Positions 24,379 to 32,455 of a stretch of 36,272 nucleotides of DNA are shown piece by piece. Source of the DNA: Chromatiales bacterium. GTDB taxonomy: Bacteria > Pseudomonadota > Gammaproteobacteria > Chromatiales > Chromatiaceae. Each line of letters opens with the position of its first letter. The stretch's first letter is position 1. The position numbers and the translations under genes were made by a program. The notes beneath the pieces were generated by a model, which saw only the letters and a program-made list of their open reading frames with translations, searched no databases and was not told the DNA's origin. The stretch lies in assembly GCA_022360595.1 (NCBI GenBank), contig JAKSCN010000617.1, positions 1 through 36,272 of the forward strand. The letters are read 5' to 3'.

Positions 24379-25047
24379 ATGGCAAAACTAACACTGTTCT
24401 ACAAGGGTCGCTCTGTCGATAGTTATCCATTAACTAAGAAATACACCTCTATCGGCCGCCGTAAAGATTGTGACATCATCATTGACAGTTCAGCTCTGGC
24501 GGACAAGCAAGCGGTCATCACGCAACTGAACGATAGCTTTCAAATCATTGGGTTTAACCCCACCAAGCCATTGATCATCAACCATGAGCGCAAAGATAAC
24601 CACACACTGACCCATGGTGATGTGCTGCAGTTAGGCCCCTACTCACTGACCTATACCGAAAGCACACCCAGCCTGGATTTTATCGATCAGCCTGTTGATC
24701 TCCCTCCACCACCCCCAAAGTCCAACGATAAACTGGCCGAACTGGTCGGCTCTCTGGATGTATTGCCACAGAGTTGCCTGCAGATCATCAACGGCGAACA
24801 CCTGGGTAAAACCATCCCCTTGCAGCGCTCCCTGCTTCGCCTGGGGCTATCCGGTGAGCAGTGCGCCGTTATTGCTCATCGCAGCGATGGTTACTACTTA
24901 ACTCATCTGGAGGGTGATGGCTCACCTCTGGTCAACGGTGAAGAGATTGCCGACAGGAGTGTCATGCTCAGCGATGGCAATATTATTCAAATTGGCGATA
25001 TTCAGATGCGTTTCTATGAAGAAACCAAACAAACTGCCGCTATCTAG
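24379..25047 (+). CDS. Tandem FHA-domain protein
   Basis: There are two FHA-like modules. The first is YTSIGRRKDCDIIIDS..INHERK..LTHGDVLQLGPYSLTY; the second is LLRLGLSGEQCAVIAHR..LVNGEEI..LSDGNIIQIGDIQMRFY. A PPPPP linker joins them. The ATG at 24379 (MAKLTL) is preferred over the TTG at 24373. Confidence 0.8.
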   Translation: MAKLTLFYKGRSVDSYPLTKKYTSIGRRKDCDIIIDSSALADKQAVITQLNDSFQIIGFNPTKPLIINHERKDNHTLTHGDVLQLGPYSLTYTESTPSLDFIDQPVDLPPPPPKSNDKLAELVGSLDVLPQSCLQIINGEHLGKTIPLQRSLLRLGLSGEQCAVIAHRSDGYYLTHLEGDGSPLVNGEEIADRSVMLSDGNIIQIGDIQMRFYEETKQTAAI

Positions 25048-25092
25048 TAAAGTCACACATACAGCAAGCTTTATCATCCACTAGGGGAACCC

Positions 25093-25449
25093 ATGACGAC
25101 CGAACGCCGAAAATTCCACCGCATTCTCTTCGACGCACCTGTCATGATTAATCAACAGAGCGAACTGCAATCAACCGTCGTCGATATTTCACTCAATGGG
25201 GTGCTCATACAAACCATTGAGGAGTGGCAGTGTAAACCTGGCGATGCGGCGGAGATAAGTATCTTCCTCGATGCAGAGCAAGCCACCACGATAACAATGC
25301 GCGTAAATGTAGCCCACATCGACAACGGCCGTGTTGGACTACGCTGCAAGGATATAGACATGGAGAGCATTGCCCATCTACGCAGGCTGGTTGAACTCAA
25401 CCTGGGTGACGCCGAGCTTCTGGAGCGCGAACTGGAAGCGTTGGGTTAG
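25093..25449 (+). CDS. Single-domain PilZ protein with canonical c-di-GMP-binding motifs
   Basis: 118 aa. RRKFHR provides RxxxR, and DISLNG ~20 aa downstream provides DxSxxG. AGGGGA lies 5 nt before the ATG. The gene starts 45 nt after the FHA gene on the same strand. Confidence 0.85.
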   Translation: MTTERRKFHRILFDAPVMINQQSELQSTVVDISLNGVLIQTIEEWQCKPGDAAEISIFLDAEQATTITMRVNVAHIDNGRVGLRCKDIDMESIAHLRRLVELNLGDAELLERELEALG

Positions 25450-25466
25450 GGCCTGTTAACAGGCCC
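25449..25466. terminator. Perfect 18-nt palindrome between convergent PilZ and radA genes (likely bidirectional terminator hairpin)
   Basis: GGGCCTGTTAACAGGCCC is its own reverse complement. It overlaps the last base of the PilZ stop codon and lies 9 nt from the radA stop. There are no strong flanking T-runs. Confidence 0.4.
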
Positions 25467-25474
25467 TATACTGA

Positions 25475-26866
25475 TCAGATCTGATCCAGGATATCGGGCA
25501 GCCGATCCACAACGATCAGCTCCATGCCGGGTACACCCCCTTTGGGCGCATTTTTCTGCGGCACAATGGCACGTTTGAAACCGTGCTTGGAAACTTCGCG
25601 CAACCGCTCCTGACCATTGGGAACCGGACGTATCTCCCCTGCCAATCCCACTTCACCAAAAACAGCCAGATCCCTGGGCAACGGGCGATCACGAAAACTG
25701 GAGAGCACCGCCATCAATACCGCTAAATCGGCGGCAGTCTCGGTAATGCGCACCCCGCCGACCACATTCACATAGACATCCTGATCAAACATGGCAATAC
25801 CACAATGACGATGCAGCACCGCTAACAGCATCGACAGGCGATTCTGCTCCAACCCCAGGGTGACGCGACGCGGATTGGCCAGCGGGCTATCATCCACCAA
25901 GGCTTGCACCTCGACCAGTAGAGGACGGCTTCCTTCGCGGGTGATCAGAATCGAGCTGCCCGGCACCTCCTCTTCATGGCGAGATAGGAAAATCGCCGAT
26001 GGATTGCTCACTTCACGAACACCCTTGTCCGTCATGGCGAAGACGCCCAGTTCATTAACAGCGCCAAAGCGGTTTTTGATGGTGCGGATCAGACGAAATT
26101 GAGAACCGGCCTCACCCTCAAAATAGAGCACGGTATCCACCATGTGCTCCAACACCCGGGGCCCTGCCAACGCCCCCTCTTTGGTAACGTGACCAACCAG
26201 AAAGACCGCTGTACCGGTCTGTTTGGCAAAGCGAACCAACTGGGCCGCGGACTCGCGTACCTGAGCAACCGAGCCTGGTGCTGACTGAAGCTGCTCGGTG
26301 TAAACGGTTTGAATGGAATCAACCACCATCACCGCGGGCCTCTCCTCTTCGGCCACAGCCAGCATCCGCTCCACCCCGGTTTCGGCCAGTAGCCTCACTT
26401 GATCGCCATCCAGCCCCAAACGTTGAGCGCGCAGGCTGATCTGGCCCGGAGACTCTTCACCACTCACATAGAGGGTTTTCATCCGAACTGAAAGCTCAGC
26501 CAACGCCTGAATCAGTAGCGTCGATTTACCAATACCGGGATCGCCACCAATCAACACAATCGAGCCACGCACTAAGCCGCCACCCAGGACACGATCTAGT
26601 TCACCAATACCCGTTGGCTCACCACGGGTCTCTTCCGCTTTGACCTCAGAAAGGATCTGAACCCGGTTCTGATCGGCAGCACCGGCATAGCCGGCAAAAC
26701 GGGGGTTACGCGATGTGGTCGGCGCCACCCGTGACTCTTCCAACGTATTCCAGGCTTGGCAGTCAGGACACTGCCCCGACCATTTGGGAAACTGGCCACC
26801 GCATGCGGTGCAGCTATAGAGGGACTTTCCCCCCTTTTTATTGGTTGCAGTTCGACTCATCGGCAT
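25475..26866 (-). CDS. radA: DNA repair protein RadA/Sms
   Basis: 463 aa. It has an N-terminal zinc ribbon (CTACGG..CPDC), Walker A (GDPGIGKST), the KNRFG motif, and a Lon-protease-like C-terminal domain. Confidence 0.95.
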   Translation of the reverse strand: MPMSRTATNKKGGKSLYSCTACGGQFPKWSGQCPDCQAWNTLEESRVAPTTSRNPRFAGYAGAADQNRVQILSEVKAEETRGEPTGIGELDRVLGGGLVRGSIVLIGGDPGIGKSTLLIQALAELSVRMKTLYVSGEESPGQISLRAQRLGLDGDQVRLLAETGVERMLAVAEEERPAVMVVDSIQTVYTEQLQSAPGSVAQVRESAAQLVRFAKQTGTAVFLVGHVTKEGALAGPRVLEHMVDTVLYFEGEAGSQFRLIRTIKNRFGAVNELGVFAMTDKGVREVSNPSAIFLSRHEEEVPGSSILITREGSRPLLVEVQALVDDSPLANPRRVTLGLEQNRLSMLLAVLHRHCGIAMFDQDVYVNVVGGVRITETAADLAVLMAVLSSFRDRPLPRDLAVFGEVGLAGEIRPVPNGQERLREVSKHGFKRAIVPQKNAPKGGVPGMELIVVDRLPDILDQI

Positions 26867-26884
26867 TCCAGTTGCACATCAGGC

Positions 26885-28285
26885 TCAGTAGTCATCCTGA
26901 TAGACATCATCGATAAAGTTTTCGAATTTGGTAAATTGCCCCAGGAATGTGAGGCGAACAGTACCGATTGGACCGTTACGTTGTTTACCGATAATGATCT
27001 CGGCTATGCCCTTATCGGTAGTGTCTTCGTTATAGACCTCATCCCGGTAAATAAACATGACAATATCGGCATCCTGCTCAATCGCCCCAGATTCACGCAG
27101 ATCCGACATAATCGGCCGTTTATTGGTGCGTTGTTCCAGACTGCGGTTAAGCTGGGAGAGCGCAATGACCGGCACGTTCAGCTCTTTAGCCAGCGCTTTC
27201 AGACCACGGGAGATAGCGGAGATCTCATTGGTGCGGTTTTCGGCATGACCCGGCGACTGCATCAGTTGCAGATAGTCGATCATAATCAGACCCAATTCGC
27301 CGTGTTCGCGCATTAAGCGGCGGGAACGGGCGCGCACCTCGGTCGGTGTCATCGCAGGCGTATCGTCGATAAAGAACTTGGCCTCTGCCAGAATACTCAC
27401 TGCTGAGGTGAGTCGCGGCCACTCATCATCCTCCAGTTTACCGGTGCGAATACGGTGCTGATCGATACGCCCAAGGGAGGACATCATACGCATCGCCAGC
27501 TGCTCACCCGGCATCTCCATACTGAACACCGCCACCGGCTTTCCACTGTTGATCGCAACGTTTTCGCACAGGTTCATTGCAAAGGTGGTTTTTCCCATCG
27601 AGGGGCGACCGGCAACAATGACCAGATCGGATGGCTGTAATCCAGAGGTCATGCCGTCCAAATCGGTAAAGCCGGTGGTCAAACCTGTGATCGGCTCGTC
27701 CTGCTCAAACAGAGTCTCGATCTTATCCACCGCCTTGGTCAACAGCGTTTTGATTCCGACAAAACCACCCTTGCCGCGCGAACCCTGCTCCGCAATCTCA
27801 AACACCTTCTGCTCGGCCTCGTCGAGCAATTGAGCGCTGTCGCGCCCTTCTGGCTGAAATCCACTGTTGGCGATATCCGTCCCAACATGAATCAGTTGGC
27901 GCATGACCGAGTGCTCACGCACAATATCGGCGTAGGCCTTGATATTGGCCGCACTCGGTGTGTCTTTGGCCAAGCTGCCGAGATAGGCAAGCCCACCCGC
28001 CTCATCCAGTTGGGCATGCCGCTCCAGCTCCTCAGAGAGCGTGATCACATCATAGGGACGCCCCTTCTCCGCCAACGCCTCCACCGAGCGGAAGATCAGG
28101 CGGTGCTCGCGACGGTAGAAATCATCCTCGCACACACGGTCGGCAATCTGATCCCATGCGCTGTTATCCAGCATCAAGCCTCCCAGTACCGACTGCTCCG
28201 CCTGAATCGAATGGGGTGGCACCTTCAGGCTGTCGGTAGCGCCGGCGTCTTCTGGCGCAGTAACGGGAATGGCTGTCTCTTGCAT
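26885..28285 (-). CDS. dnaB: Replicative DNA helicase DnaB
   Basis: 466 aa. PPHSIQAEQSVLGGLML is the DnaB N terminus, Walker A is GRPSMGKT, and ..IIGKQRNGPIG.. is present. The length indicates no intein insertion. Confidence 0.95.
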   Translation of the reverse strand: MQETAIPVTAPEDAGATDSLKVPPHSIQAEQSVLGGLMLDNSAWDQIADRVCEDDFYRREHRLIFRSVEALAEKGRPYDVITLSEELERHAQLDEAGGLAYLGSLAKDTPSAANIKAYADIVREHSVMRQLIHVGTDIANSGFQPEGRDSAQLLDEAEQKVFEIAEQGSRGKGGFVGIKTLLTKAVDKIETLFEQDEPITGLTTGFTDLDGMTSGLQPSDLVIVAGRPSMGKTTFAMNLCENVAINSGKPVAVFSMEMPGEQLAMRMMSSLGRIDQHRIRTGKLEDDEWPRLTSAVSILAEAKFFIDDTPAMTPTEVRARSRRLMREHGELGLIMIDYLQLMQSPGHAENRTNEISAISRGLKALAKELNVPVIALSQLNRSLEQRTNKRPIMSDLRESGAIEQDADIVMFIYRDEVYNEDTTDKGIAEIIIGKQRNGPIGTVRLTFLGQFTKFENFIDDVYQDDY

Positions 28286-28338
28286 GGTGATCTACGGTAA
28301 ATGAATGAGTATGGAATTTAGCATAAAAAAGCCGCCAC

Positions 28339-28373
28339 AAAAAAACCGCTGGGCTCTCAACAGAACCCAGCGG
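28339..28373 (-). terminator. Rho-independent terminator after rplI
   Basis: The minus strand reads CCGCTGGG-N12-CCCAGCGG followed by TTTTTTT. It begins 27 nt downstream of the rplI stop. Confidence 0.75.
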
Positions 28374-28399
28374 CTTCTGACCTACGGTTATTGTGAAAC

Positions 28400-28852
28400 T
28401 TATTCAGTTTCAGCAACAACAGTCAGCTTCAGTACGGCATCAACGTCGGTGTGCAGGTGCAGATTGACTTCGAACTCACCGGTAGTGTGGAATGGGCCGG
28501 AAGGCAGACGCACTTCGCGTTTTTCCAGTTCAACACCCGCTTCAGTGGCTGCAGCGGCGATATCGGCAGTACCGACAGAACCGAACAGACGACCTTCATC
28601 ACCAGCCTTACGAGCGATGCTGACAGTCAGTGCTTCCAGCTTGGCTTTACGCGCTTCAGCAGCAGCCAGTGCTTCTGCAGCCTGTTTTTCCAGCTCTGCA
28701 CGACGTGCTTCAAACTCGGCAACATTCTCTTTGGTAGCCGGAACAGCTTTACCTGATGGAATCAGGAAATTGCGGCCGTAACCGGGACGTACCTTGACCT
28801 GGTCACCCAAGGTACCCAGGTTTTCAACTTTTTCTAACAGAATAACTTCCAT
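28400..28852 (-). CDS. rplI: 50S ribosomal protein L9
   Basis: 150 aa. [32 protein letters not shown] is the conserved L9 N terminus. Confidence 0.95.
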   Translation of the reverse strand: MEVILLEKVENLGTLGDQVKVRPGYGRNFLIPSGKAVPATKENVAEFEARRAELEKQAAEALAAAEARKAKLEALTVSIARKAGDEGRLFGSVGTADIAAAATEAGVELEKREVRLPSGPFHTTGEFEVNLHLHTDVDAVLKLTVVAETE

Positions 28853-28891
28853 CGTTATTACCCCTGTACAGGTATTAAATCTTCAGCGTAT

Positions 28892-29806
28892 CTAGGCGGA
28901 ATTTTTATTCCCAGCCAGACGCGCCCTAAAATCAAACCAGGCATCTGCAAATCCTGCTGAGGCTAACACCATCACCATGTGCGGCATAGCAAAAATCAGC
29001 AGCAGGTAGATACCTATCAGCCATCCGTTGTTGACACCCAGTAGACCCAGCGCACCATGCGCCAATGCCAAACCTTGCAGAAACCAACCAGCGATCAACG
29101 CCATCATCAAGGCATCGGCCAGCGCACCGGCACCACCGCTCAGCAGCAATCTGGCAACCACAACGACCAATGTCGCCAATGCCAGCACCCTGCTCAACCG
29201 CAACTGGTGGAACTCCTGCTTGAAGCCCCCCGGGTTATAGAGCATCGCCTGCCACCAGCGGGCCAACAGCAGCCCCGCCAGCGACTGCAGAAGAATACCC
29301 GCGGCAAGAATACCCGGCATCCACTGCGCCATGGTTGTTACCAAGGTTTCCTGCTGAGCAGGTTCAAGCATTTTGGCCTCAATCAAGGCCTCGCTGAACG
29401 GCTCCAGCAGAGGACGCCAGTCGCTGATCAGATCATCGGTCAGTGCAAACTGCACCAAGATCGCAATCACCGCCATCGCAATGCCACCTTGAATCGCAAT
29501 CGCTAATGATCGACTGGTTCTCAGCAGCAACGCCAGAACGACGACTGGCAACCACATCAGAAGCACAAACCCAACTGCGTGGAGAAGTACTCCCAAGATC
29601 AACTGTGCGAGTAGACCGCAAGCGACACCGGCCAATACCAGTACCGTTGCGCTGTCCTTCCAGCCCAAACGCAGAGTTACCAACGCTATCGCGGCTGCAC
29701 TCAGAATGCTGGCCGGCGGAAACATCAACGAAAGCATAGCCAGGACCGTGACTATCATCACCGCCTGGGACTTACCCCGCATTACCGCAGACGCCAAAAA
29801 ACGCAT
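28892..29806 (-). CDS. Polytopic inner-membrane protein (DUF2232/YybS-like) embedded in the rpsF-rpsR-rplI cluster
   Basis: 304 aa with ~7-8 hydrophobic spans. It occupies the position between rpsR and rplI that I recall a hypothetical membrane protein holding in Pseudomonas, and YybS holding in Firmicutes. The family assignment comes from context and composition only. Confidence 0.6.
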   Translation of the reverse strand: MRFLASAVMRGKSQAVMIVTVLAMLSLMFPPASILSAAAIALVTLRLGWKDSATVLVLAGVACGLLAQLILGVLLHAVGFVLLMWLPVVVLALLLRTSRSLAIAIQGGIAMAVIAILVQFALTDDLISDWRPLLEPFSEALIEAKMLEPAQQETLVTTMAQWMPGILAAGILLQSLAGLLLARWWQAMLYNPGGFKQEFHQLRLSRVLALATLVVVVARLLLSGGAGALADALMMALIAGWFLQGLALAHGALGLLGVNNGWLIGIYLLLIFAMPHMVMVLASAGFADAWFDFRARLAGNKNSA

Positions 29807-29877
29807 CTTTATTTAGAGGACTCGCAGTGTCAAACAACGTCCAGAGTCTTTACACGGACTCCAGACTACCAACAGTC

Positions 29878-30102
29878 TTAGTGGCTGTCGGTGTACGGCA
29901 GCAACGCCAGGTAACGAGCGCGTTTGATCGCCTCGGAAAGCTGACGCTGATATTTCGCTTTAGTACCTGTAATACGGCTAGGTACGATTTTCCCGGTTTC
30001 ACTGATGTAGGCCTTCAGCAAGTTCAGATCTTTGTAATCGATCTCAGTGATGCCTTCAGCAGTAAAACGGCAGTATCTTCTACGACGAAAATAACGTGAC
30101 AT
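29878..30102 (-). CDS. rpsR: 30S ribosomal protein S18
   Basis: 74 aa. [42 protein letters not shown] is the S18 signature. Confidence 0.95.
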   Translation of the reverse strand: MSRYFRRRRYCRFTAEGITEIDYKDLNLLKAYISETGKIVPSRITGTKAKYQRQLSEAIKRARYLALLPYTDSH

Positions 30103-30153
30103 TGTTTTTTTACCTCAATTCAATTTAGCTCAGGTGACAGGTCACTGAGAAAC

Positions 30154-30528
30154 TTACTCTTCGCCTTTAGACTCAGATTCGTTGCTAGCTGGACGTGAGT
30201 CTTCTTTGTCATCAGACTTGACCAGCGGTGATGCTTCAGTGACGGCCTGTTTGCGTTTCAGAACCATGTTACGCAGAACTGCATCGTTGAAACGGAAGCT
30301 GCTTTCCAGCTCTTCCAACGCTTCGCCTGTACACTCGATGTTCATCAGAACGTAGTGCGCTTTAGGCAGTTTTTGAATTGGATATGCCAGTTGACGGCGG
30401 CCCCAGTCTTCCAGGCGGTGGATCGCACCACCTTTGGTTTCGATGATTGAACGGTAACGCTCAATCATGCTGGGCACCTGCTCACTCTGATCCGGGTGGA
30501 CCAGAAAAACTACTTCATAGTGTCGCAT
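30154..30528 (-). CDS. rpsF: 30S ribosomal protein S6
   Basis: Homology starts at [18 protein letters not shown] (ATG at 30528, AAAGGGGA upstream). The 12 upstream codons of the track ORF are not S6-like. The C-terminal tail is acidic. Confidence 0.95.
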   Translation of the reverse strand: MRHYEVVFLVHPDQSEQVPSMIERYRSIIETKGGAIHRLEDWGRRQLAYPIQKLPKAHYVLMNIECTGEALEELESSFRFNDAVLRNMVLKRKQAVTEASPLVKSDDKEDSRPASNESESKGEE

Positions 30529-30618
30529 TTTATCCCCTTTCGGATTAGTGACAGCCTCCCGCAATGCATGCGGTGAAGCAAGGGTTAAGGCACGGAGTCG
30601 CCTCCATACCCAGGAAAG
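30529..30618 (-). promoter_or_regulatory. Structured rpsF 5' leader (possible S6:S18 autoregulatory element)
   Basis: The ~90-nt leader has two short hairpins: GGAG-GCGA-CTCC (a GNRA loop) and CCGCA-TGCAT-TGCGG. The second lies just upstream of the Shine-Dalgarno region. I cannot verify the published covariation model by eye. Confidence 0.25.
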
Positions 30619-30624
30619 CCGGGC

Positions 30625-30653
30625 ATTTTACCGTCCAATCGCTTCTGCTGCAA
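30625..30653 (-). promoter_or_regulatory. Sigma-70 promoter for the rpsF operon
   Basis: The minus strand reads TTGCAG-N17-TAAAAT, ~95 nt upstream of the rpsF ATG. Confidence 0.55.
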
Positions 30654-30786
30654 TGCCAAAAATGACTTTCATTCCAGGCAGTTGTCCGACTCGGCAAGCG
30701 AGAAGAAAGTGCCGTTTGGCGCTGGCCGGCACCTCGGGATACACTCCCATCTATCCCAACTCCCTGAATTCAGCGCACAATACCCC

Positions 30787-31686
30787 ATGCACGATCAACA
30801 AAAGGCGCTCTCTTATGCGATCACCACAGTGCTGCTCTGGTCTACGGTGGCGACTGCCTTTAAGCTCTCCCTGGGCTATCTGTCGCCCCTCCAGTTGCTG
30901 TTTTACGCCTGCCTGACCTCCAGTTTGACGCTCTTTGTTTTAATCATGTTCACCGGGCGCTTCGCAATTCTAACAACCCTCAAGCGGCACGATCTGAAAC
31001 GGGGCGTATTGCTGGGTCTGCTCAACCCGCTACTCTACTATCTGGTGCTGTTCAAAGCCTATGACCTGCTACCAGCCCAGGAGGCTCAACCGATTAACTA
31101 CACTTGGGCGATCACCTTGTCCCTACTCTCGGTGCCGTTACTGGGTCACCGCCTATCCCGCATAGAGTTGCTCTCTATTCTGGTCTGCTACACGGGTGTC
31201 GTGGTAATTGTCACGCACGGTGAGCCGTTTACCCTCTCATTCAGCAGTCTACCAGGGGTAGCACTGGCTCTGATCAGCACATTGATCTGGTCTTTCTATT
31301 GGATCTACAACACCCGGATCAAGCTGGACCCCGTCGTGTCACTGTTTCTAAACTTCATCACCGCCCTCCCCTTGCTGGGCTTGCTGATGTGGGTTACTGG
31401 CGGCTTCCATTCAATCACGGTTGAGGGCATTGCCGGCGCAGTCTATGTGGGTATTGTCGAGATGGGCGTGGCTTTTGTGCTTTGGCTGCAGGCAATGCGG
31501 CTCACCACCAGCACGGTCAGAATCGCCACGCTGATCTACTTCGCACCATTTCTCTCCTTGGTGCTGATCCATTTTCTGGTTGGTGAGGAGATTCTTTGGA
31601 GTAGCATTGCCGGATTGATATTGATTGTGGCAGGTAATCTGATACAGCGAGGCGGGAAGCCGAAAACGGCTTCCAATATGCCCTAG
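30787..31686 (+). CDS. DMT superfamily (EamA-type) transporter
   Basis: ~10 hydrophobic spans in two EamA-like halves. I prefer the ATG at 30787 (MHDQQKALSYAITTVLLWS) because the upstream 35 codons of the track ORF lie in the rpsF promoter region and are not membrane-like. Confidence 0.8.
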   Translation: MHDQQKALSYAITTVLLWSTVATAFKLSLGYLSPLQLLFYACLTSSLTLFVLIMFTGRFAILTTLKRHDLKRGVLLGLLNPLLYYLVLFKAYDLLPAQEAQPINYTWAITLSLLSVPLLGHRLSRIELLSILVCYTGVVVIVTHGEPFTLSFSSLPGVALALISTLIWSFYWIYNTRIKLDPVVSLFLNFITALPLLGLLMWVTGGFHSITVEGIAGAVYVGIVEMGVAFVLWLQAMRLTTSTVRIATLIYFAPFLSLVLIHFLVGEEILWSSIAGLILIVAGNLIQRGGKPKTASNMP

Positions 31687-31702
31687 AGCCTGTTAACACT
31701 AA

Positions 31703-32455
31703 TTACTGTTTAATGCGGCGCTGTCTCACCGCTTCAAACAGACAGATACCCGCCGCCACAGAGACATTCAGGCTCTCCACCGAACCGGCCATGGGCAGTT
31801 TTACCAGTTGATCACAATTCTCACGAGTCAGACGGCGCAGACCACTCTCTTCCCCGCCCATGACAATCGCCAAGGCGCCGGTCAAATTACCACTATAGAC
31901 CAGATCTTCAGCCTCACCAGCCGTGCCGATCACCCAGATACCGATCTCATCACGCAGCCACTTGAGGGTACGCGACAGATTAGTCACCTGGATAAAGGGT
32001 ATAGTCTCAGCCGCGCCGCTGGCCACCTTGCATGCGGTTGGCGTCAATCCCGCTGAGCGGTCTTTCGGCGCAATAACCGCATGCACACCCGCAGCATCCG
32101 CACTGCGCAGACAGGCTCCCAGGTTGTGGGGATCTTGCACACTATCCAGTATCAACAGAAAAGGGGGCTCTTGCAGCTCTGAAATCAGAGTCTTCAACGA
32201 TCGCTCATCCTGAGCCGCCGGTGCAGTAACTTTAGCCACAACGCCTTGATGATTGGCGCCAGGCACCAACTTATCCAACTCATCGCGCGACACGTGGTTG
32301 AGTGGTACACGCAACTCTTTGGCCAGGGAGATGATCTCTTTAATGCGGCGATCTTTGCGCCTGGCCTCAACCCAGACACCGCTCACCGATCCACTACCGT
32401 GTTTCAAAGCAGTGCGCACACTATGCACGCCCGCTATCAGATGCTGGGCACTCAT
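31703..32455 (-). CDS. rlmB: 23S rRNA (guanosine-2'-O-)-methyltransferase RlmB (SpoU/TrmH family)
   Basis: 250 aa. It has SpoU motifs (LDSVQDPHNLGACLRSA; LAIVMGGEESGL; IPMAGSVESLNVSVA). It lies directly downstream of rnr with an ATGA start/stop overlap, the conserved rnr-rlmB arrangement. Confidence 0.9.
   Translation of the reverse strand: MSAQHLIAGVHSVRTALKHGSGSVSGVWVEARRKDRRIKEIISLAKELRVPLNHVSRDELDKLVPGANHQGVVAKVTAPAAQDERSLKTLISELQEPPFLLILDSVQDPHNLGACLRSADAAGVHAVIAPKDRSAGLTPTACKVASGAAETIPFIQVTNLSRTLKWLRDEIGIWVIGTAGEAEDLVYSGNLTGALAIVMGGEESGLRRLTRENCDQLVKLPMAGSVESLNVSVAAGICLFEAVRQRRIKQ

Noticed and set aside
25446-25466. The motif (G)GCCTGTTAA(C) recurs at 12506..12516, 25450..25460 and 31689..31698, which could suggest a REP-like repeat family.
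   Set aside because: Only 10-13 nt are shared, and only the 25449 copy forms a full palindrome. By rough estimate, exact matches of this length are expected by chance many times in a 36-kb window scanned on both strands.
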